In this document: positions 58,199 through 64,000 of the stretch, piece after piece
How positions within the stretch are numbered: position 1 is the stretch's first letter
Layout: each line of letters begins with the position of its first letter
Source of the DNA: an uncultured Acidimicrobiaceae bacterium
GTDB taxonomy: Bacteria > Actinomycetota > Acidimicrobiia > Spongiisociales > ZC4RG35
Length of the DNA: 64,000 nt
Reading direction: 5' to 3'
Assembly (NCBI GenBank): GCA_964617995.1
Contig: CAZTXD010000001.1
Coordinates: forward strand, 6,383-70,382
Made by a program: the position numbers and the translations under genes
The notes under the pieces: generated by a model
Told to the model about the DNA's origin: nothing
Database searches by the model: none
The model's input: only the letters and a program-made list of their open reading frames with translations

Positions 58199-59350
58199 TC
58201 AGGGTGTGGTGATGACACGTCGCAGCCGCCACCCCGCCAGAACCAGCAGGACGGCTGCATACACGGTGAGAACAGCCAACTCTTCGGTGATATCGCTGAT
58301 CGAGCCGCCGCGGTAGACCAGTTCGGCGTACCCGTCCATCGCCCAGGCGTGGGGCGTGATGTGAGCGATCCGGTTCATGGTCGGCGAGAACAGCTCCAGG
58401 GGAAGCATGCATCCACCCAGCGCCGCCAAAGCCAACCCCCCCATGACCGAGATCCCCCCGGCCTGCTGGTCGTTGCGGAACGACGACCCGATCAGCATCG
58501 CTGCCCCCGCCCCCGTCGCCGCCAGCGCCACCAACAGACCGAGGCCTCCCACGAGATCGCCCCAGTCGACCCCGAACGCCACCAGGGTCACCACGATGAT
58601 GTAGAGCCCCTGGAACGCCCCAACCAGCAGGCGCGCCACGCCTTCGCCCATCACCACCGTCCGGGCACCGGTGGGGGTGGACAGCATCCGCTCGGTCACC
58701 CCGAGCTGGCGGCTCTGGATGAGGGCGGCAGATCCTGTCAGGGTCGTCAGGAACACGAACAGAACCAGCTGCTGGGGAGCACCCACCGAGAAGCGCCCCA
58801 GATCGGCGGGGAACAACTCCTCGCCCGTCGAGCGGCTGATGATCTCGACTCCGGGGACGTCCACCCCGACGACGGCCTCCAGCGACGAGGCCATGCTCAG
58901 TCCCGTCTCCGCCGCCACCACCCTCGCCACACGGTGGTCACCGGTGGCCTCGGCGACTATTGCCGTGACGATGGGTTGCAGGCTCCCGGGACTGTCGGGA
59001 CGGGCCACGAATCCGATCTCGGGAGCCTGTCCTGAGGCGATGGCCTCGTCGAGGTCGGGAGGGAGCACCAGGCCGGCCGGAGCGATGGCTCGTTCCACCT
59101 CTTCCACCACCCGGCCCTCGTCGGCGACCGGGGCGACCGACAGCCCGGCCTCCCCCAGTCCCGCGACTATGGCGTCGGTGATGGGCCCCTCCCCGTGGCT
59201 GACCGTGATCCGCGTGCCCCCACCTCCGGACCCGAACTGGGCGCCCACGAGCAGGATGATGGCGAGGGGGAGGACGAAGACGAAGAATATGTTGGAGCGA
59301 TCCCTCAGCATCCGCCTGAGACCCATGACTCCGATGGTCCAGACCCTCAT
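58199..59350 (-). CDS. ABC-2-type transporter permease
   Basis: 383 aa from an internal ATG (MRVWTIGVMGLRRML...) with 6 TM helices. ATGA overlap with the upstream permease stop. Confidence 0.7.
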   Translation of the reverse strand: MRVWTIGVMGLRRMLRDRSNIFFVFVLPLAIILLVGAQFGSGGGGTRITVSHGEGPITDAIVAGLGEAGLSVAPVADEGRVVEEVERAIAPAGLVLPPDLDEAIASGQAPEIGFVARPDSPGSLQPIVTAIVAEATGDHRVARVVAAETGLSMASSLEAVVGVDVPGVEIISRSTGEELFPADLGRFSVGAPQQLVLFVFLTTLTGSAALIQSRQLGVTERMLSTPTGARTVVMGEGVARLLVGAFQGLYIIVVTLVAFGVDWGDLVGGLGLLVALAATGAGAAMLIGSSFRNDQQAGGISVMGGLALAALGGCMLPLELFSPTMNRIAHITPHAWAMDGYAELVYRGGSISDITEELAVLTVYAAVLLVLAGWRLRRVITTP

Positions 59351-60525
59351 CCGAACCGCCTCGGCAAGAGGATCGCCGCCACCGCGCCGACAACGACAGC
59401 GAACAGGGCGAGAGCTCCGATCGCGGGCAGTGCCGGGCCCAGCCCATCTCCCGCCTGGAGAGCGCCCAGGCCCCGCAGGAACCACGAATGGGGGGTGGCC
59501 AGGGATATGGCCTCCAGGAGACGGTTCGCCCCGCCGACCGGGAAGAACGTGCCTCCCACCATCCCCAGCGCTACCGCGATGACGGACGTGAGGTTCCCGG
59601 CCCCCTCCGGGGTCCTGGCGAGGGCGGCCACCACTCCGACGATCGAGGTCGCGGCCACAGAAAGCCCAACGATCAACACCCCCACCCCCAGAGGATCACC
59701 CCACGAGGCACCCATCAGTGCGGTGGAGGCGACCGCCAGCACTGCCAGCGCGGCAACACCGAGGATCACACTGGTCATCCCCTTGGCCACCACTACCGCC
59801 CACCGCTGGATCGGGGCGGCTTCGAGGCGAAGAAGGGTCCCATCTCTCTCCTCTTCGAGCAGGCCGGCCACGCCGTACTGGACCAGGAAGAAGACGAAGA
59901 ACGCGGCCATGCCCGCGGCGAAGAAGGTGGGAGGGTCGAGAACACGGTCCGCAGACTCGACCCTGCCGATGGTGGCAACGGGGCGAGCCTGAGAGGCCGC
60001 TGCGGCGACTCGCTCCAGCGTTTCCTGATCGGGCTGGCCCGGCCCTCGAGCCGCCACCGCCGTGACGGCTCGCTGCGCATCCGAGATGGCGGACGCGAAG
60101 CCCTGGGCGATGCCCCTGGCGATCGCTCCCGACGTGGGAGCGTCGACGGCCGCCACCACCGCCACGTCGGTGCTGCGGCCGCCCAGGACCGCCTCGCTGA
60201 AGCCGGCCGCCAATACGATCCCCGCCGCCACGTCACCCCCTTCGACTGCGCCTTCCAGGTCCGGCTCGTCGTTCAGCCTGACCAGGTCGATGACACCCGA
60301 GCGCTCCAGGTCAGACAGTGCCTCGTCGAATCGGGAAGCCACCTCGCCTCCATCGAGGTCGACGAAACCGAGAGTGACGAGGGATCCGTTCCCGAAGGCG
60401 CCCCCGAACACGAGATTGAAGACGAAGGCGAGGACGAGAGGCACCACCAACCCGACCATGATCGCCGACCGGTCGCGTAGTCGCAGGGTCAGGTCCTTGA
60501 GGGAGATCCTCCAGGCAGCACCCAT
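59347..60525 (-). CDS. ABC-2-type transporter permease
   Basis: 392 aa with 6 TM helices and an extracytoplasmic loop between TM1 and TM2. Its start overlaps the ATPase stop. Confidence 0.7.
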   Translation of the reverse strand: MGAAWRISLKDLTLRLRDRSAIMVGLVVPLVLAFVFNLVFGGAFGNGSLVTLGFVDLDGGEVASRFDEALSDLERSGVIDLVRLNDEPDLEGAVEGGDVAAGIVLAAGFSEAVLGGRSTDVAVVAAVDAPTSGAIARGIAQGFASAISDAQRAVTAVAARGPGQPDQETLERVAAAASQARPVATIGRVESADRVLDPPTFFAAGMAAFFVFFLVQYGVAGLLEEERDGTLLRLEAAPIQRWAVVVAKGMTSVILGVAALAVLAVASTALMGASWGDPLGVGVLIVGLSVAATSIVGVVAALARTPEGAGNLTSVIAVALGMVGGTFFPVGGANRLLEAISLATPHSWFLRGLGALQAGDGLGPALPAIGALALFAVVVGAVAAILLPRRFG

Positions 60526-61463
60526 CAGTCGCGTAGAGCCTTGCCGGTGAGATGGAGGAAGACCGCCTCCAGATCCGGCTCCTGCACTTCGACGCCGCTG
60601 ACGCTCATCTCCGCTTTGACTGTGGCGGACATGAGGAGCGGGAGCAACGTCGCCGCCTCTGTGGTCAGGACCGACACCGACTCGTCACCGACTCCCACCT
60701 CGGCAACGCCGTCGAGGGCCTCGATGATCCGTGCCGCTGCTTTCAGGTCACCTCGCCCTCTCAGCTCCACCCGGTCCAGCTCACCGATCTGAGCTACCAG
60801 CTCCCGTCGGGTTCCCTCCGCCACCAGCCGACCCTCGTCGATGATGCCCACCCGATCGCACAGCCGCTCGGCTTCCTCCATGTAATGGGTGGTGTAGAGC
60901 ACCGAAATCCCTTCCCGGGATAGGGATTCGACCGACTCCAGGATCGAGTTGCGCGACTGCGGATCGACCCCGACCGTTGGCTCGTCGAGTATCAGCAGTG
61001 CCGGTCGATGCAGGAGACCGATGGCGATGTTGAGCCTCCGCTTCATACCGCCGGAGTACTCCGATGCTCTGTCTCGTCGCCGGCCGTCGAGCCCGACCAG
61101 CTCCAGCACCTCGCCCATCCGGCCGCTGAGCTCCGATCCCCTCATCCCGTAGAGGCGACCGAAGAACGCCAGGTTCTCCTCTCCGGTCAGGTCCGGGTAG
61201 AGCGCCAGCTCCTGGGGTACGAGACCGACCAGCGCCTTGGCAGCCGTGCTGCGGGTCGAGACCGAACGACCCCCCACCGTGATCCGTCCGGCGTGGGGAG
61301 TCAGGAGCCCGGCGACCATCGAGATAGTGGTGGTCTTGCCGGCACCATTGGGTCCCAACAGCCCGTAGGTCTCTCCCTCGGCCACGGTGAAACTCACGCC
61401 GTTGACGGCGACCAGATCATCGAACCTGCGCACGAGAGCGTCCACCACCAGCATCGTGCTCAT
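60525..61463 (-). CDS. ABC transporter ATP-binding protein
   Basis: 312 aa. Walker A GPNGAGKTT, the signature LSGGMKRR and Walker B LILDEPT. Confidence 0.85.
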   Translation of the reverse strand: MSTMLVVDALVRRFDDLVAVNGVSFTVAEGETYGLLGPNGAGKTTTISMVAGLLTPHAGRITVGGRSVSTRSTAAKALVGLVPQELALYPDLTGEENLAFFGRLYGMRGSELSGRMGEVLELVGLDGRRRDRASEYSGGMKRRLNIAIGLLHRPALLILDEPTVGVDPQSRNSILESVESLSREGISVLYTTHYMEEAERLCDRVGIIDEGRLVAEGTRRELVAQIGELDRVELRGRGDLKAAARIIEALDGVAEVGVGDESVSVLTTEAATLLPLLMSATVKAEMSVSGVEVQEPDLEAVFLHLTGKALRD

Positions 61464-61588
61464 GCTCGGGGAGAGTGCCGCTCCCCGTGAGTCGACACGA
61501 AGTCGGGATCCATCATCGGCGCCAGCTTAGACCCCGCCGCCCCCCGATCTCACTGGAAGGCACCCAACTGGGCGCCGGTGGGCTCGCT

Positions 61589-62938
61589 TCAACAGAACCA
61601 GGGCTCGGTCAGCCGGGGAGGATCGGCCGCTCCGGCCGGGGCCCCGGCGGGAATCACCACACCCGCCTCCTCCCCGATCATCTCCGTCATGCGGGCCAGG
61701 GTCTCCAGTTGATCCACGCCGGGGGCGGATCCCGACTCGGCCGTGGCCGCCAGACGCCTCTGGAGCTCGTCCATGGCCGGATCGGCCGATCGCCACGAGT
61801 ATCCCAGTGCCGCCGGGTCGTAGCCGGTGAGATGAGGGGTCAGCTCGTCCAGTCCCAGCATCAGGGACCCGTCCGGGATGAGGAGACGTATCGAGAGCTG
61901 GACCGGGTCGGTCACCGCAGCCAGACCCTCGCCCCAGACGAAACGAGCGATTTCGGCGACGGTGCCGGCGGTGGTCCAAGGAGTGAAGGGGAGCCACGTG
62001 GGGTGGACCTCCATTCCCGCCCGACGCACCAGATCCACGGCGACGGCTGCGTCGGCTCCGGTATGGCCCTTGTCGAGCAGCTCCAGGATCCGATCGTCGA
62101 GCGTCTCGACCGCGGTCGTTATGAAGATCACCCCGGCGTCGCTCATGCGGTCGAGCAGGTGGCGATGACCGAGGAGGTGCTCCACCTTCACCGTGACGTC
62201 GAAGCCGAGTTCGGGAAACCGGTCGTGGGCCGCCTCCAGGACCTTGAGGGAGTAAGCGGGGGCGTTGAGGAAATCGGGGTCGCCGAAGGTGATGTGGCCG
62301 GCGCCGGCGTCAACGAGCTGGGCGATGTCGGCCATCACGGTCTCGGCTCCGGTGACACGATATCTACCGTCGTACACCGCCGGGATGGGGCAATGGGTGC
62401 AACGATGACGGCAGCCGTGGCTGGCCTCGACGTAGCCCACCATTCGATGACCTTCCGGCGTGGCGAGATGCGCATAGGCTCCGAGCTCGGGGAGGCCACC
62501 ACGAGAAGGGGTTCGAAAGGGCCTGCGTCCGATGTGAACGGTCACTCCCGGCTCCCGACGGCCGCCGTTCACCGTCTGGACCCACTCGACCAGAGCGTCC
62601 TCGTGCTCACCGGTTATCAAGCGATCCGCCACCTCCGGGTGAGTGGCCTCCGAGCCCACTGAGGCGTACAACCCGAAGAAGGCGACAGGGAGGTCAGGGT
62701 CGACCGTCCGGATCCGCTTCCCTACCTCGATGGCGAGCCTCAGACCGGTGTGCATCGGGACCGACACCGCCACGGCCCCCACGCCGACCAGGCGGGCCGG
62801 GTCCCACTTCTCCACAGCCAGGTCCAGAGTCACCACCTCGTGACCGGCCGCGCTCAGCTCCGCCGCCGCACTGGCCACCTGCAGCGGCTGATGTCCCAGC
62901 TCGTAGGTCCCGACGAGGAGAACTCGCATCCTCCGCAT
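61589..62938 (-). CDS. Radical SAM protein with an N-terminal B12-binding-like domain
   Basis: About 449 aa from the ATG at 62938. CX3CX2C motif ([10 protein letters not shown]). The N-terminus ([13 protein letters not shown]...) resembles the cobalamin-binding domain of class B radical-SAM enzymes. Confidence 0.6.
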   Translation of the reverse strand: MRRMRVLLVGTYELGHQPLQVASAAAELSAAGHEVVTLDLAVEKWDPARLVGVGAVAVSVPMHTGLRLAIEVGKRIRTVDPDLPVAFFGLYASVGSEATHPEVADRLITGEHEDALVEWVQTVNGGRREPGVTVHIGRRPFRTPSRGGLPELGAYAHLATPEGHRMVGYVEASHGCRHRCTHCPIPAVYDGRYRVTGAETVMADIAQLVDAGAGHITFGDPDFLNAPAYSLKVLEAAHDRFPELGFDVTVKVEHLLGHRHLLDRMSDAGVIFITTAVETLDDRILELLDKGHTGADAAVAVDLVRRAGMEVHPTWLPFTPWTTAGTVAEIARFVWGEGLAAVTDPVQLSIRLLIPDGSLMLGLDELTPHLTGYDPAALGYSWRSADPAMDELQRRLAATAESGSAPGVDQLETLARMTEMIGEEAGVVIPAGAPAGAADPPRLTEPWFC

Positions 62939-62986
62939 CGTACGGCCGGATACCGTCGAATCGTCAACGTGGGTAGGCTCAGATAC

Positions 62987-64000
62987 ATGGCCCTTCCACC
63001 AGATCTGGCTCGCACCCTGGCCGATGAGTTCGTCCACCAGCTACCCGATCTCGACCCGGTGGAGACCCGGGAGTGGCTCGAGTCACTCGACGCTGTCGTT
63101 TCCGAGTACGGCCCGGTGCGGGCCCGGTTCCTGCTCGCCCGACTCCTCGAGAGAGCGCACGAGAGCGACCTGGGCGTACCGGCCCCGATCACCACGCCGT
63201 ATGTCAACACGATCCCCCTCGAGGAACAGCCCGACTATCCCGGAGACGGCGACCTCGAGCGCAAGATCCGACGCCTGATCCGCTGGAACGCAGCCGTCAT
63301 GGTCGTGAAGGCGAACCATCGCGAAAAGGGGATCGGGGGACACCTCTCGACGTTCGCCTCTTCCGCCACGCTCTACGAGGTTGGGTTCAATCACTTCTTC
63401 CGGGGCAAGTCCGACGACCATCCCGGCGACCACATCTACTTCCAGGGCCACGCTGCCCCTGGCATCTACGCCCGGGCGTTTCTGGAGGGTCGGCTCGACG
63501 AGACCCATCTCGACCGGTTCCGCTTCGAGGTGGGAGGAGGCGGCCTGTCCTCGTATCCGCATCCCCGCCTCATGCCGGAGTTTTGGGAGTACCCGACCGT
63601 CTCGATGGGACTGGGGCCCATCAACTCGATCTACCACGCTCGGTTCAACAAGTACCTCGAGAACCGCGGCCTCGACGAGACCTCGGACTCGTGGGTGTGG
63701 TGCTTCGTTGGGGACGGCGAGGTCGACGAGCCGGAGACGCTGGGAGCCATATCCCTCGCCGCCCGCGAGAAGCTGGGCAATCTCATCTGGGTGATCAACT
63801 GCAACCTCCAGCGCCTCGACGGACCGGTGCGGGGAAACGGGAAGATCATCCAGGAGCTGGAAGCGGTCTTTCGCGGTGCCGGGTGGAACGTCGTCAAGGT
63901 CATCTGGGGTAGCGGCTGGGACCAGCTCCTGGCCGATGACGTCGACGGTGCCCTCGTCACGGTCATGAACGAGACCGTCGACGGGGAGTATCAGCGCTAC
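62987..64000 (+). CDS. aceE: Pyruvate dehydrogenase E1 component (partial; continues past the window end)
   Basis: Manual translation gives [35 protein letters not shown]...[22 protein letters not shown], an AceE N-terminus. There is no stop within the window, so it is absent from the ORF track. Confidence 0.75.
   Translation, partial: MALPPDLARTLADEFVHQLPDLDPVETREWLESLDAVVSEYGPVRARFLLARLLERAHESDLGVPAPITTPYVNTIPLEEQPDYPGDGDLERKIRRLIRWNAAVMVVKANHREKGIGGHLSTFASSATLYEVGFNHFFRGKSDDHPGDHIYFQGHAAPGIYARAFLEGRLDETHLDRFRFEVGGGGLSSYPHPRLMPEFWEYPTVSMGLGPINSIYHARFNKYLENRGLDETSDSWVWCFVGDGEVDEPETLGAISLAAREKLGNLIWVINCNLQRLDGPVRGNGKIIQELEAVFRGAGWNVVKVIWGSGWDQLLADDVDGALVTVMNETVDGEYQRY

Noticed and set aside
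61464-61588. Second small ORF (VPSSEIGGRRGLSWRR) in the rSAM/ABC gap.
   Set aside because: It has a GTG start, no ribosome-binding site, and no coupling to a neighbouring gene. It is less plausible than the MMDPDF... ORF and probably spurious.

Overview
This is a high-GC (about 70%) actinobacterial chromosomal window, probably Actinomycetota and possibly Acidimicrobiia. It is densely coding and mostly housekeeping or conserved-accessory genes. About 65 protein genes are called and there are many ATGA/GTGA stop-start overlaps. No rRNA, tRNA, CRISPR array, transposase or prophage genes were recognised.

Recognisable gene blocks, in order:
- ppc coupled to an ATL-type MGMT gene; deoA; etfBA; cdd.
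- ftsY, smc, acyP and fpg.
- A conserved but functionally uncharacterised seven-gene membrane locus: membrane protein, DUF4129, DUF4350, MoxR AAA+ ATPase, DUF58, SpoIIM-like protein, RDD protein.
- The classic cluster rnc, plsX, rpmF, yceD, DivIVA-like gene, coaD, rsmD.
- recG and yloV; rpmB; ddl; mtrA, mtrB and lpqB.
- A membrane-anchored MurF-like ligase coupled to an alpha/beta hydrolase.
- An orphan GAF-domain histidine kinase; fabI; fadD.
- A LuxR regulator; an ArsR-like regulator with an MFS pump.
- An 820-bp non-coding region, then a Cas4-type nuclease, gdhA and an adnA/adnB helicase-nuclease pair.
- dtd and plsB.
- A five-gene minus-strand operon (radical-SAM enzyme, ABC-2 exporter, small membrane protein), followed by the start of aceE.

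The most interesting unexplained signals:
- A candidate roughly 160-nt sRNA or attenuator, with a promoter and intrinsic terminator, sits inside the long non-coding gap at 45.5-46.4 kb.
- A TTTTCGCG/GCGCGAAAAG motif is shared between that gap and a 50-bp nested palindrome that overlaps the plsB stop codon.
- A radical-SAM plus ABC exporter operon carries an 18-codon small ORF whose stop overlaps the ATPase start.
- A heptanucleotide microsatellite lies between two convergent genes.
- A dual-palindrome operator sits between the arsR-like gene and the MFS gene.
- The translationally chained MoxR/DUF58 locus has no known function.

Coordinates derived from the ORF table are exact. Those located only by counting along the printed sequence (small RNAs, palindromes, rpmF) may be off by 1-2 nt.
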